DNA of 64,000 bases. It comes from Octopus sinensis (taxonomy: Eukaryota). The stretch covers positions 18,538,001-18,602,000 of the forward strand of contig NC_043005.1 of NCBI RefSeq assembly GCF_006345805.1. Reading direction: 5' to 3'. How positions within the stretch are numbered: position 1 is the first letter of the stretch; every line of letters starts with the position of its first letter. The translations under genes were made by a program, and so were the position numbers. Positions 12,726 through 27,655 of this stretch are shown piece by piece. The notes beneath the pieces were generated by a model. That model searched no databases, was not told where the DNA came from, and saw only the letters and a program-made list of their open reading frames with translations.

Positions 12726-13397
12726 TATCTGATTGCGGCTCTATTGACTATTTCAGAGTCCATCAATAAAATCAAGATATATTGCGGCCTGGGACTAGAT
12801 TTTTGATGACAGCTATGAGTGTGGAGCTCCATTGGATGCAAGCAGTTTCTGCGTTAGTCCTACACTTATAGTAGTTGACTGTATTGAGACGTAGGTTGAC
12901 AACCTTGCATCCGTTTTGTGTGTGTGTGTGTGTGTTAATAATGTTCATTAACTTCTGGACGGAAATCTCAAAACTTCGCTAGCAGCTGGACTCACAAGAC
13001 TGCGAATTTGTGGAGAATATGATAAAAGAAATGATGACAATGATGATGTTTCTTATATAAAGATGTGTATGAAAAGAAAGTAGGAGTTCACGAAGAATAT
13101 ATATTTGGTTGATAACAAAACCACTTTAAGGCCATCTGTATTAAAACGTTAAGCGTTTGTCATAGTCAGTCAACCGTATCATAAATGATTTGTTTAGAGA
13201 GGCGCATCTTTGTCTAGCAGGCAACAGTCGAGAACGAAATGCTGTAAAAGGAGAAAGAAATAGAAATGGAAGGAGGGGATGTTGAAAAGAAAGAAGAAAA
13301 CTCCGAGAGGAAGGAAGGAGCAAATAATAATTACATGTTTGTCATTTATATGGATGTCATGCTAACATTGCAATCAATATCTCCAACGTTGTATATA

Positions 13398-14191
13398 CTA
13401 GCAGTATCGCCCGGCGTTGCTCGGGTTTGTAAGGGAAATAACTATATAAGCATTTTTAGATATGTAAAGTATAATAGCCATCTCAATATGGCTAACCACA
13501 AAGGGTGGGGGTGTTACTGTAGCTTTTTACGTTCTGAGATTTAATAATACATTTTTAGAGTTACTTCCCTTATATAAACCGAGCGAAAATGCATTAAAAA
13601 TGCGGAAAAATTATGGTAAATTTTTTTTAAATCGTAGACTCATTGTAGACGCGCGCTAATACCCAGAAGAGCTCGATATGAATCACGACTATAAGATACC
13701 CGGTTTTGGTTACACTGCACCGCAAAATGTGGGAGTAGTTAGGAATCTAAATCGTAGGAGACAGACTCCACACAACCTCACTTTTATATATATAGACTAG
13801 CAGCATCGCCCGGCGTTGCTCAGGTTTGTAAGGGAAATAACTATATAAGCATTTTTAGAGATGTAAAGTATAATAGCCATCTCAATAAGTCTAACCACAA
13901 AGGGGGGGTGTTACTGTAGCTTTTTACGTTCTGAGATTTAATAATAAATTTTTAGAGATTTACTTCCCTTATATATGCCAAAAATGCATTAAAAATGGGA
14001 AAAATTGATGGTAAATTTTTTTTTAATCGTAGACTCATCGTAGACACGCGCTAATACCCAGAAGGGCTCGATATGAATCACGACTATAAGATACCCGGTT
14101 TTGGTTAAACTGCACCGCAAAATGTGGGAGTAGTTAGGAATCTAAATTGTAGGAGACAGACAGCACACAACCTCACTTTTATATATAAAGA
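13398..14191 (-). mobile_element. Non-autonomous Helitron, head-to-tail dimer (13398-13796 plus 13797-14191)
   Basis: Each unit on the minus strand starts TC(T)ATA and ends with a cccg..cggg hairpin followed by CTAG. Inserted between A and T. Confidence 0.85.
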
Positions 14192-14719
14192 TATACGAAT
14201 AGCACAAACATATTAGAGGTACCCATGTAAATATATGGTGCAATGCCATGACACTTCACTGTCTGCCTCAGTTCATCTACTGACGAGACTTCGAAGTCAC
14301 CATCCATAAAATTTAAATTAGCTGACTTTACACTTCTAGTGCGTCCTTTTTTCGGTTTATATTTAAACTTTTTATGCATTTGTAACTATATATGTGTGTG
14401 TGTGTGTATGGTGTGTTTGTGCATGCGTGTGTGTGTATGTGTGTATACGTGTATATACATGTGTCTGTGTCTGTGTATATATATATATATGTGTGTGTGC
14501 GTGTATATATATATATATATACGTGTATATATATATATATATATTGTATATGTATATATATATGTGCACATAACGCATATATATATATACATTCATATAT
14601 ACCTAACGTGTGTATGTGAAAATTGATGTGTGCGTATTCAGTTATACGCATGTGTATCAGCACACACACATACAGAGACGTAATCTCAGGCTCACACATG
14701 CACGCACTTACATACACGT

Positions 14720-14750
<31 letters not shown>

Positions 14751-17700
14751 AGGAAAGACAAGTAGAGAGAGAGAAAAGGCGGGGAAAGAGAGAAATGGTG
14801 TGAAAGGAGTAAGATATAGGTAAAGAGGGAGAAAACGAATGAGCGACTGTAAGTGAGAAAAATAAAAAAATACAGAGATAAAACAAAGAAAAAAAAAGAA
14901 AACTTCATAGATAAGCGAGGAGAAAAAGCCATCGGAGAGATATTTTAATCTTACAGAAACGGAGTAAATGAAACGCCGCCAGAGAACACCACACAAACAA
15001 TAATATAAACAAAAACTGCAAGAAAAGATAAAATGGCGGAATAAATAAAACCTAGGGAAATGTAACCATTTACTAAACATAACAAAGATAAATAAGAGCT
15101 ACGTTGTCTTTATTTGGATATGTGGCGCCACCATGGCGTCACAGATTGTTGTGCATTGTGTCGTGTGAGACTCGTACAGCGATTGTATGGTGAAAGTATT
15201 TTTAATGTTATACTTTTTAGCTTATGTGCTGATGGGAGATTGCGTATCGGTGACGTGGTGGTTGGTGGTTACGATGTAGTTGGTTATGTAATATATGTGC
15301 CAGAAATTGTGATGCTTGCTTGGTTTACTTTTCATAGTAATGCCGTTGTGTGGTGGATTTCCATATTCTATTGCGTGGTTCAATGTTAATAGTTTTTTTA
15401 ATTTTTTATTTATGCGACCTTTTCCAGCCTAGCCAGTCTCATGGACCCGGTTTCCTGGTTTGTGTGGCGTATGTGTTTCCCCTAGCTGGACGGGACGCCA
15501 GTCCATCGCAGCGTTACTCAAGAAACAGGAAGAAAGTGTGAGAGAAAGTTGGGCGAAAGAGTACAACAGGGGTCGCCACCACCCCCTGCCGGAGCATCAT
15601 GGGTCTTTATGTGTTTCCGTTCAATAAACACACACGACGCCCGGTCTGGAAATCGAAACCGTGAATCCGCTGCCCTAACCACTTGTCCATTGCGCCTCCA
15701 CCTGTTAATAGTTTTAAGGCTTGTTTTTGATGGCGCTGAGAGTGGCAATGAGTTTCGTTGTGAAACTATGGCAGTGGTAGCGGTTTTGGAGGTGGTATAT
15801 ATGATATCACAGTTTTTGGCATAGCGGTTATTATCAATACAGTCGGGGAAGTGGCAGAATCATTAAGCATGCTGAACCAATTGATTAACACGATTTAGTC
15901 CGGCTTTACTTTCTGAGTTTAAATCCAGCCGGACTCGTTTTCACCTCTCATCCATTTCGAGGTCGATAAAATAAATACCAGTTAAGTAATCGTAAGTTGG
16001 TGTGATTATGTCTCTGTAACCTAGCTGTTAAAACTAAAGTCCCTGGGTCGATTATAAATCGCTGCAGTCAAATGGCTGAAACAAGGGAATAACTAAATGA
16101 CTACACGATAGTGTACGAGTGCATTTTCCTCTTTTATCAATCTCAGCATTATTAAGCTACATTATAACCCTAACAAACTTCACGGCAGCATTATCAAACA
16201 TCACTACGACATTATGAAGCAACATCACAACATTATGAAGCGAAATGTGATGTTTGCTTGGCTTACTTTTCATAGTAATGCCGCTGTGTGGTGGATTTGC
16301 ACATTCTATGCGTGGTTCTATATTGATAGTCGAGAAGACATCAGTCGATGTCAGAAGGAATTATTACTACGGTTATCATTGTAAGAGCATTGAGATAGCA
16401 AAATCATTAGCACGGGGGACAAGACGCGCAGCGGAATTTCTTCTGGCTCTTTACCGTTCTAAGTTCAAATCTCGTCGAAGTCAACTACGCCTTTCATCAT
16501 AAAATAACTGTCACTTTATCACTGGGGGTCAATATCATTGACTTACCCCACTTCATATATGTACTGGTCTTGCAACAAAATTTGAAAATATTATTACAAT
16601 TATTGTAGTTGAAGCTTTTTTAGTTGTTAATATTACAATGTTAACTCTGAGGATGATAGTGGAAGTGTTGGTAGAGGTGGCTAATGAGTGTAATGGTGAT
16701 GGTATTGGTGGTTTGGGCGGTTAGGGCGGTTAGGGCGGCGAGCTGGCAGTATCGTTAGCACGCCGGGTGAAATGTTTAGCAGTGTTTCGCCTACCGCTAC
16801 GTTCTGAGTTAAAATTCCGCCGAGGTCGACTTTGCCTTTCATCCTTTCGGGGTTGATTAAATAAGTACCAGTTACGCACTGGGGTCGATATAATCAACTT
16901 AATCCCTTTGTCTGTCCTTGTTTGTCCGCTCTGTGTTTAGCCCCTTGTTAGTAGTAAATAAAGAGGTATTGGTGGTTTAGTGGTAATGAGAGACGGCTAT
17001 GGTGTTAACGACCTAGCGATTGTAGTGTAGTATTGGTTGCGATCGTAGTGACACTAGTACAAGGCGTAATTGCAGGAGCATGGGCTGGGGCAGTATGGTT
17101 GGGGATAGTGGAGAAGGTCACGAAAAATGGCGGTGGTTTTTGAGATGGTAAAGTTTTAATAGCTTCATTTCTTTACCCACTTTACCAACACCGTCTATTA
17201 CAAAAGAAAAAAAAATAGCAACTACACAAATAGCCACAATGAGAACAACGAAGTATGAAATCTCCTGCAAAAGCCGCATTAATAACAATATCACAGAAAA
17301 CGAATAAAAAATAATTATAAAACATTAACAAAAAAATAATGACAATGTCAGCAGCATTCATAGAAAAAAAAACCCCAACAAGAAGACATAAAACAACCAG
17401 AACGGAAGTCGCAGTAACAAACATGGTAAGAGGACAATGGGAAATACAAGATGAGAATATTAAAAACAACAGCAACGAAAATATTAAGACCACAGCAACT
17501 TCAATATGGCGACGGCTGTTTAACAATGAATACGGTGACGTACGGGCTACACTAAATACGAAAGCAGCCACAATTAGTTTCAGCAAATCAAGTGCAATAA
17601 TAACAATAATAATGTTTACTGCATCTCAAATAAGAACAACAAGCGACATAACAACAGCCACAATAGCAACAATATTATTAACTATCGCAATAATAAAAAA

Positions 17701-19022
17701 ACAGAATTGTAAAAACAACCCCAATCATAAGAACGAGTTCAAAAATAAGCTCGGAAACAACGTCAACTGTAGCAACAACAATCCAGGTAACAGCAAACAC
17801 AGCAATAATACCAACAACATCAACAGCAACAACATTCGCAATATTACTTCGACGGCATTATCTGGCTACATCCCGTTTTTATTAAACAACATCGCATTAT
17901 CAATTATGTCATAACAATATCAATCTCAGCAGCTTTAAGCTACATTATAACCCTAACAAACTTCACGGCAGCATTATCAAACATCACCACGACATAAGGA
18001 AGCAACATCACAATATTATGAAGTTATATGACCTAGTAAAGTCAGGATTTACAGTGAGACGCTAAAATTGGTTACAACTATGTCACAGAAAGTATATTTA
18101 AAAAAAAAACAAAGACAATCGTAACAATTATAACAACAACAACATAGATTAATAGTTTCTCTAAATTATTACATGAAATAGAAGCCAAATCTCCCTCGAA
18201 TCGCAATCTCAGTTTTAGCATAACACATTAAAATTTTTTGTTTTGGCTTTTCTTGTCTGCTTAATCGGTGTTAATCTGGAGATAAACAACACCTCTAGTA
18301 ACAACAACAATAACAACATGTGGAGGCGCAATGGCCCAGTGGTTAGGACAGCGGACTCGTGGTGGTAAGAACGCGGTTTTGATACCCAGACCGGGTATAG
18401 TGTGTTTATTGAGCAAAAAAAACCCACCTAAGCTCCACGAGGTTCCGGCGGGAGGTAGTGGTGAACCCCTCTGTACTCTTTCACCACAACTTTCTCTCAC
18501 TCTTTCTTCCTACTTCTGCCACAAAGCAGAGGAGCCATGGTGTAACTCACTATGGTGTGGTAAACATTCAGACCCTAGACTAGATTGCGAATACCCCAGG
18601 ATGGTTCAGCTCTCCACCCGTCAAAAGCCACCGTTTACGGAATGAGGATAACAACGTAGCTTTCGGACCCGTGCAACCGTCAGTCTATCGCGTGTGCTGG
18701 GTGGACCTTCAAGTTGCCACACGCATTCTTAGTAGCTTAGAGCAGACTCGAATAAGAGATTATTCTTTGTAGCTAATGGCGTGAGTCCTGATTGGAAGAA
18801 GAAGAAGGCAACAACAACAACAGCAATATCTCTAGTAACAACAACGACAATCACGGTAGCAGCAGGATAAACAGCCTCATAACGTAAATTAAAATACGGA
18901 AGCCAACGAAGGCGCGTGTACGTGATAGTTCGACCAGGTAGAAATATGCCTCATGTAATACCGCACTGCCTTATAAAGGAAGGCGTACATTAGATTATGT
19001 AGTTCTAGATACACATGGAAAG

Positions 19023-19074
<52 letters not shown>

Positions 19075-19075
<1 letters not shown>

Positions 19076-20285
19076 TGGAAAACTTAAAATTTTAAACAAA
19101 TCTATTTTGAAACGGGGTAGGAGCGCCTTTGGCAGTATTTACACCTTGAATTCTACGAGGTATGGACTCGTACAAAATTTGTATTGTTTCCAAAGGAATT
19201 TTTGACCATTCTTCACCTAACACACTCTCCAGTTCTTGTAGTGATGATGGTGGAGGATATCGACTCCTTACTTGTTTTTCTAAAATGCACCATATCTGTT
19301 CAATGATATTGAGATCTGGAGACTCTGGTGGCCAGATAAGATGTTCAACTTCACTAGAATGTATCTCGTGCCATTCAGTAACAAACTTAGATGTGTCAAT
19401 TGGTGCATTATCATCCTGAAGGATTGCGTTTTCCCCTGGAAACAGTTCCGCAACCATAGGATGTATTTGATGAGATAAAATGCTTAATTATTCTTGACTA
19501 TTAATTTTGCAATGAAGGGAAACCACTAAGCCGGCAGATTTCCAAGATACAGCCCCACCCCGCCAGATCATCACAGATCCTCCTCTATGTTTAACAGTTG
19601 GATAAAAGCAGTCTGGGTCAAAAGCTTCTTTTGGCTCTCTTTACATGTATACTCGGCTGGTGGTCGTAAATAAGGTAAAGGATAACTCGTCCGAGAAAAT
19701 AACTTTCTTCCTCTGCGCTAGGTTATTACTCCACTCTAAACACTTGTCAACGTTTGGATTTGAAAGTAGTGGTTTTCTGATTGCAGCCCTCCCGTGAAAT
19801 ACGGCTTTGTGCACCTCCCGCAGAACAGTTTTCATGGAAACTGGGTTCTCGAGGTAGTGATTAAACCCTGTAGTAATTTTGGGAGCTGTACTTTTGGGAC
19901 CCTTTCTAATAATTCTCGTAAGAATCCGACATTCCCTATCTGAAACTTTTTGGTTTTCTTCCGGAATTTTGCTTCGACGTGGAAGTTTTTCAATGGCTGT
20001 CATTACTTTCAAGACAGTACTTCTTGATACACCAAGCATTTCGGCTCTTTTCGTTACTCTAGCGGGCATCAACAATCTGACCTCTTTGAAAGTCCGATAG
20101 ATCTGTCATTTTAATGCATTTTAATTACCTTTTTCTGAAAAGCGACTGCAACTTTAGCAAAACATATTAAGGAACACTAATGATAAATCAAAAACATAAA
20201 AATAAACAAGCTTTTGACGGCTTCACTGATATTTAAAAATTATGATGCTATGATGCTAGGTGTTTCCATTATTTTGTCCAACCCC

Positions 20286-20288
<3 letters not shown>
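19075..20288 (-). mobile_element. Decayed Tc1/mariner (DD34E-type) transposon
   Basis: Broken transposase: MTDLSDFQRGQIV.., HTH and linker, VIFSDE, QDDNAP, WPPESPDLNIIE. TIR aggtgtttccattattttgtccaacccct at 20258-20286; other TIR eroded; (TA)n flanks. Confidence 0.9.
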
Positions 20289-20331
<43 letters not shown>

Positions 20332-21579
20332 GACAATCCTTTTGATCATGGGTCTGTCCAAATGACGTTGACTTGAGGCTGAGCAACATCTTTTTAGAAT
20401 GATTTGAATGGCAGCTAGAAGCTGTTTTCTATGTTAAGTTCAACAACATCGATAGATTCTTCATTATAAACTTTAAAAATCAATATCACAGTTGGGAATT
20501 CACAGAAGGCTCTATCAAAACGGACTTTTACAGGAAATATTCTTGCACCGAAGTATTCCTTCAATGAATAAGAAAACATGATCCAGGTTCATGGCTGCCT
20601 AGGTACTGATATAAATTTATCGCGTAAGCACTGATACAGCGACGCAGAGAATAGTATCACAAACATAAAACAGTTCCAAAGACTGCAGATGGAAAATGGT
20701 TAATTAGTACATTTTTCCAAGCACCAGAATGCGTGTAAATCCACCCGCAAAGCGTTTAGATTTGCAGTTGACATACAGGAGAACTACAGTAGAGTGTTTC
20801 TATAAATGAAACTGTCACAATCCGTGTTTTCTCGGAGAAAATTTCTCTTTGTCAATTCACATATATGCAGTAACAATATGTGTACACGAACCAACAGCTC
20901 TGTCAACATCGATGGCTTAAGTGCTGTATAATATAGTTTTCTATAAAAAAAAAAAATTCTGCAAAATTTAAATCCCCATTAAAGAACACAGCTAGAAAAA
21001 TCTTCTCTCGATAAAAGCATCTGCAGAAATATGCCGACCAAGACACCAAGGGGCAACATCAAAAGTAGTGGTCAGATTGTTGAGATTTTGATGCCTAAAG
21101 AAGTTGTCCTCCTTAATAGAAACGAACACATCGAGTTGTAAGTTAGGCGATGTATACAGAGGGTGATTAATTAAAATACTAGTGTTCACCTGTAGAAGCC
21201 ATCTGAACACATTTCTACAAAAGAATCCAGTTCCTTTCTGTCCACTATTTTCTCATGTTAAAGAAGCTTTAACCTGGAAATATGTAAATAGATTCCGAAA
21301 GTATGAACTGTTGCTTCATATTTAGATTATTTCACTCGTTTAATTCTATCGAGCTTTGTACTGCTTTTAAAACGTTTAATGACACACGCATTACACACTA
21401 AAAAACCACCGCACACATATACATACATTAGCAATCACACACGCATACATACAAACACAACATAAACATATACACACAAACATACCAACACACCCATATT
21501 TTTATTATGTAAGCATACTTGCACATATGCATGTATGTAATATGTATGTATGTATTTGTGTATGTATATATATACATAT

Positions 21580-22132
21580 GTCAGGTCACTTTCGAGTGCT
21601 ACTGGAAACATGTAACCTAGTACAACCTGTTGCATGGTCGGGTCGTCAGCGACTAAACCGGCAACCCCACCAAGCTTGCTTGGTGAGGAGGGTGTTTATT
21701 GGACACCCTGTGGCATGAAAAACAAAACTCGTCAACGGGCGGAGGAACTCTTGAGAGTCAATGGCCATCCAATAAATGTCTTAAGGTTGTATCATGCGCG
21801 GGGACATAGAAATAATCGGACTGGATACCCGATCGTGCGGTTAAACCATTGGGAGTGAAGGACTCCTAGCCTTTGTTTGGGCATCATTCTAGGAGAAGGT
21901 AACTCAGGTAACTGAGATAACTCCGACATAAAACCTGCGGGTCAGTGGTTATCGATGATGTTGACTTGTTCTTCTTTCCGGATTATGGCTGCTGTTGCTT
22001 AGTGAGTGGGATTGACTCAGTGCACAGCCTTTCCTCACTTCAAAAAAAATCTTCTTGCACAGGCATTGCACGATAACAACATTGATTGAGCTTCGTACAA
22101 TGGCCATACTCGATAACGAGTGGGCAGCTACC
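21580..22132. repeat. Unclassified interspersed repeat, copy 2 (longer)
   Basis: Homologous to 7459-7845 from 21739 onward. Confidence 0.7.
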
Positions 22133-22153
22133 ATATATACATAAAAATTTATA

Positions 22154-22196
<43 letters not shown>

Positions 22197-22789
22197 TGCG
22201 TGGTACCTTAGGCAAATGTCTTCCACTATAGCATCGGGCCGACCAAAGCATTGTGAATGGATTTGGTAGACGGAAACAGAAAGAAGCCCGTCGGATATAT
22301 ATATATATGTGTGTGTATTTGCTTGTGTGTCTATGTTTGTCTCCCCGACATCGCTTGAAAAAAACCGAAGCTGGTGCGTTTACGTCCCAGTGAACTAGTG
22401 CTTCGGCAAAAGAGACCGATAAAATCAGGAGTAGGCTTACTCACAATTAAGCATTTGGTTCGATTTTCTCGACAAAAAGGTGGTGCTCCATCATGGTCGC
22501 TGTCAAATGACTGAAAGAAATAAAAGAATAAAATAATATCTATATATATATGTATATATGTATACACACATATATATATTTACATATGCCTGGATGTGCA
22601 TATGTACTTGTGTACATGTTATAGCCATTAGACGCTAAGTACAATAAGTGCGATGCTATAAAATAAATACAGAGATAACGTACAAAAGTCACAAAGGTAA
22701 TCACCTCACTGATAACGTATAAATATAATAGTGAAAAATTGTGTGTCTCTCTCTCTCTCTTTCTCTGTCTTTCTCTCTCTGTGCGTCTC

Positions 22790-22835
<46 letters not shown>

Positions 22836-22927
22836 GGTGTGTGTGGGTGTGTGTATGTATGTATATATATATATGTGTGTGTGTGTGTATGTATGAATAT
22901 ATGTATATATATATTCATATTTATATG

Positions 22928-23012
<85 letters not shown>

Positions 23013-23334
23013 ATATATATATACTTATGTGCGAGTGTATGTGTATCTATGAGTGTGTGTGTGTGTTTGTGATTGCGTTTGAACAAGGCGCATCCTAGTA
23101 GATAAGCGTTCATATCTACTTTACAGTGAAATGAATATGTCAACATCTGTGTGGTAAACAGATTTCTTTCCGTTCGTATGGACTCATTAAAACAAAGGGA
23201 AAAATGCTCGCGTATGCAGTAAGGCCAAGAATGGAGGTGTTGCTGTTACCTTAATTACAATCGTTTCAACAATACATTGTTGAGATATATCGTGAATAAT
23301 TAACACAGGTTATGTTATAATGACTTCAAATTTT

Positions 23335-24620
23335 GTCACACGGCCAGTAATTTCAGTGAAGGAAGGTAATCGATTATATCGACACCAGGAATCAATGGGC
23401 AGTTATTTTATTGACCTAGAACGAATAAAAAGAAATTCGACTTCTGCGGAATTTGATCTTAGAAGATAAATACGGACTAAATGCCGCTGAGCATTTAGAC
23501 CGGCAACTTGTTGCTTTTAGCTTCCATTTAATATTTATTTCATATTATGGTACAAGGCCAGCAATTTCGGGAGCGTGCTAAATCGATTACATCGAGCCCT
23601 GTGGTCAACTGACAGTTAATTTATCGACTCGGAAAGGATGAAAGGTAAAGTCGACCTCTGTCGCATTTGAACTCAGAACGTGAAGACGGACGAAATGCCG
23701 CAAAGCATTCTTCCCGGTTTGCTAACAATTCTGCCAGCTCACCGCCCTATGGTTATGTAATGTTCGTTTCTAATTCTGAAACAAGGCAGGCAATTTTGGA
23801 GGAGCGCGTAAGTGGATTACATCGATTCCAGTAGTCGGCTGGTACTTATTTTATTTTCTACCACAAAGGGATAAAAGGAAAAGCCAACCTCGGCAGAATT
23901 TGAACTCAGAATGTAAAGACGAACGAAATACTGCTAAGCATGCTAGCGATTCTGCAAGGTCACCGCCCTATGATTATGCATTATTTATTGCCCACTAGGA
24001 GCTAAACATAGAGGGGACAAACAAGGACAGACGAAGAGGATTAAGTCGATTGCATCGACTCCAGTGCGTAACTGGTACATTTTTAATCGACCCCGAAAGG
24101 ATGAAAGGCATAGTCGACCTCGGCGGAATTTGAACTCAGAACGTAACGGCAGACGAAATACCGCTAATTATTTCGCCCGGCGTGCTAACGATTCTGCCAG
24201 CTCGCCGCCCTATGATTATATATTATTGCAATATATTCTATTCTACTTTGGGCACAAGACCCGAAATTGTGGGGGAGGAGGCCAGTCGATTAGGTCGACC
24301 ACGCAAATGATACTTAAGTTATCGAACCCGAAAGGCAAAGTCGACCTCGGCGGAATTTGAACTCAGAACGTAGCGGCAGACGATATGCCTATTTCTTTAC
24401 TACCCACAAGGGGCTAAACACAGAGAGGACAAACAAGGACAGACACACGGATTAAGTCGATTATGACGACACCAGTGCGTAACTGGTACTTATTTAATCG
24501 ACCCCGAAAAGATGAAAAGCAAAGTCGACCTCGGCTGAATTTGAACTCAGAACTTAACGGCAGACGAAATACGGCTATGCATTTCGCCCGGCGTGCTAAC
24601 GTTTCTCCCAGCTCGCCGCC
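23335..24620 (-). mobile_element. Cluster of at least 6 SINE-A pieces
   Basis: Repeated cggcggaatttgaactcagaac in one orientation. Confidence 0.8.
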
Positions 24621-25789
24621 TTTTATTGCAACATATTACTTGTAATTTATGCTCGTTTTATTACGTACGTGTTTATGGCACATGCATAAGAGTGATAGAG
24701 GTGGGGGGAGAGAGACAGAAACAGAGACAGAGAGATTATAAATGAAATAAATGAGGATATAATGAAATAAAATTGACACAGCAGTATCTAGATTTTGAGA
24801 AAATTTACGCATTGTACTAAAAATGTTTTAGCAGAAATTAGTGATAAAAATCTTATACGAGAAACCTCCCGTGAATACTTCATTTATTCCGTAATTTAAC
24901 GAGTCAAGAAACAAGGAGGGAAAAGACCAATTGGCATCAAATGAAGTGGCAGAAATAATTGAAGGTAGATATGACTGAACATGATAGTCTAGAACACTGG
25001 TTCCCAACCTTTTCACAGTGGTTCCCAACACTTTTAGGTAAATGAGTTTTTCCACGGCCCCCTTTTTAATATGCCCATCCTTATGTGTATGTATATATAC
25101 TCTTTTACTCTTTTTACTCTTTTACTTGTTTCAGTCATCTGACTGCGGCCATGCTGGAGCACCGCTTTTAGTCGAGCAAATCGACCCCGGGACTTATTCT
25201 TTGTAAGCCCAGTACTTATTCTATCGGTCTCTTTTGCCGAACCGCTAAGTAACGAGGACGTAAACACACCAGCATCGGTTGTCAAGCAATGCTAGAGGGA
25301 CAAACACAGACACAAACATATACATACACATATATATATATATACATATATACGACAGGCTTCTTTCAGTTTCCGTCTACCAAATCCACTCACAAGGCAT
25401 TGGTCGGCCCGAGGCTATAGCAGATGACACTTGCCCAAGATGCCACGCAGTGGGACTGAACCCAGATCCATGTGGTTGGTAGGCAAGCTACTTATCACAC
25501 AGCCACAATGCTACAACCTAACTTTTTGTCTTTATTAGTGTGCATACTCTCTAGGATATTTTGAACGAGTTCTTTTACCTGTGTTGAACAATTAATAGTG
25601 ATGGATTTATATAAATTGACGAAGAAGAGTCGTATTACAATAATACGTTTTAAACATGGGTGACAACACATATGAGAACCGATATAAATGTTCGGGTTTA
25701 TGGTACAATAGTTTCGGCAATGCTTCTGCATCGTAGTGGAATGGCGAATGTGTCAACGATCAGTGAAGACCGATGATTGATTTCAATAA

Positions 25790-26075
25790 CCCTGAACACC
25801 TTTTCAAACTCCACCTGTCTAACAGCCGTGGACATATTTACAAAGTCAGAAAACAGCACAGTCAGAAAACAGCACTGCGTCCTTCAAAACTTCCATGCTT
25901 CCTGAGATTCGCCAACACTACACCTGATTTTCTCCCCTTCCATACACACGCAAGCATGTATCTGACTCTTACACTGTCCACTTTCCAGACATTTGTACAT
26001 TACTGCATATGCTTCACACGTACTTTTGACAAGTTGTGGTTCACCTGAGCACTGTATACAATAATTTCATTATTA
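25790..26075 (+). mobile_element. CR1/Jockey-group LINE 3' end fragment
   Basis: LFKLHLSNSRGHIYKVRKQHS resembles the TRGH..KL C-terminal motif. Confidence 0.45.
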
Positions 26076-27314
26076 TTTTCATTTATTTACTTATTTTCTA
26101 CGTAAAAGCTGACCGTGATTTCGATACTGCAAACGTCACGACACAATGCTTATTCTGGTCTTATTTCAGCGACTGTAATTGCCACCATTTTGTAAGAATC
26201 TCATACTTTTTTTCTTTTTTTTCTTTTACTTGTTTCAGTCATTTGACTGCGGCCATGCTGGAGCACCGCCTTTAGTCGAGCAAATCGACCCCGGGACTTA
26301 TTCTTTGTAAGCCCAGTACTTATTCTATCGCTAAGTGACGGGGACGTAAACACACCAGCATCGGTTGTCAAGCAATGCTAGGGGGACAAACACAGACACA
26401 CAAACATATACACACACACTTATATATATATACACATATATACGACAGGCTTCTTTCAGTTTCCGTCTACCAAATCCACTCACAAGGCTTTGGTCAGCCC
26501 GGGGCTATAGCAGAAGACACTTGCCCAAGATGCCATGCAGTGGAACTGAACCCGGAACCATGTGGTTGGTTAGCAAGCTACTTACCACACAGCCACTCCT
26601 GCGCCTATACTAGGAACTTTTTCCCAAAAGCTGGTCTGAGAAGAACGAAATAATTTACGGCATTGGCTTGCAAGTTCAAATCTAACTGGTGCACTTTAAC
26701 ATTTCCCAGTCTGTGATGATTCAGTTTGGCGGATCTGGCTTTGATGAAGTTGACACCATTTGGGATTTGTGGTTTTAGAGTATTAGCACAAGACATCGAA
26801 TGAAATTAGCATTCAGTTACAAGTCGAAATCTGGTGGTAGAATCTGACAGGCTAAGATATGAGGTGATCTGTCTTTTAAGCTTCAGAGCACTTTTCTTTG
26901 GCTTTTTGCCATCGACTTTAATAGCAAAGAAAGGGCAAAGACAGAGAAAGAATTAATGGAGAAATAATAGGAAGGGAGAGAGAGGGGCGAAAGAAAGAGA
27001 CGACAGAGAGGGAGAGAGAGAAAGTGAGAGATGAGAAATAGCTAAAAGAAATAGATAAAAGTAGAGAAAAAAATAAACGAAAAGAGAAAGCAAAATGTGA
27101 AGCCAAAAGAAAGAAGAAAGAAGGATGGAATATGTTTGATAGAGGGAAGTTTTTGTGTTGTTACCTTCTTGTGATAGAAGATGTCTTGTGTTGCTGTGAA
27201 AAGAAAACCCTAAGGACATCTCAAGATTTGGTTCAGTTCCTTCCAGTTTGGTATTGATTGGTCTCATAACTATAGCACAGTAGTGGGTAAGTGATGAAAG
27301 AGAGGAGAGGTAGA

Positions 27315-27655
27315 AGGAGAGAAGGAAAGAAGAAGAAGAAGAAAAGAAGAAGAAGAAGAAGATGATGATGATGATGATGATGATGATGGTGAAGATGGTG
27401 ATGATGAAGTAAACCAAAAGAAAAAAGAAAAAGAAAAAGAAGAAGAAGAAGAAGAAAAAGAAGAAGAAGGAGGAGATGATGCTGATGCTGATGCTGAAGA
27501 AGAAGAAGAAAAACAAAAGAAAAAACAAAGATGATGAAGAAGAAGAAGAAGAAGAAGAAGAAGAAGAAGAAGAAGAAGAAAAGAAGAAGAAGAAGAAGAA
27601 GAAGAAGAAGAAGAAGAAGAAGAAGAAGAAGAAGAAGAAGAAGATGGAGGAGGAG
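27315..27655. repeat. Compound (GAA/GAT)n microsatellite; similar tracts at 47795-48015, 54660-54843 and 55665-55830
   Basis: Direct reading. Confidence 0.95.

Noticed and set aside
17085-17140. KNGGG-coding stretch resembling the end of an SLC6 TM1 exon
   Set aside because: The preceding residues (AVWLGIVEKVT) lack GN.WRFPY and the donor is poor.
17182-17914. Longer ORFs of 134 and 191 aa
   Set aside because: Low-complexity degenerate (AAC/AAT) sequence with no recognisable domain.
21027-21137. AG...GTAAGT-bounded open stretch (MPTKTPRG...); a similar candidate near 30528-30650
   Set aside because: No family similarity; splice-like motifs are frequent by chance.
21690-21780. Possible HDV-like ribozyme in the RTE-like repeat
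   Set aside because: I could not assemble P1 and P2 pairings consistent with the double pseudoknot.
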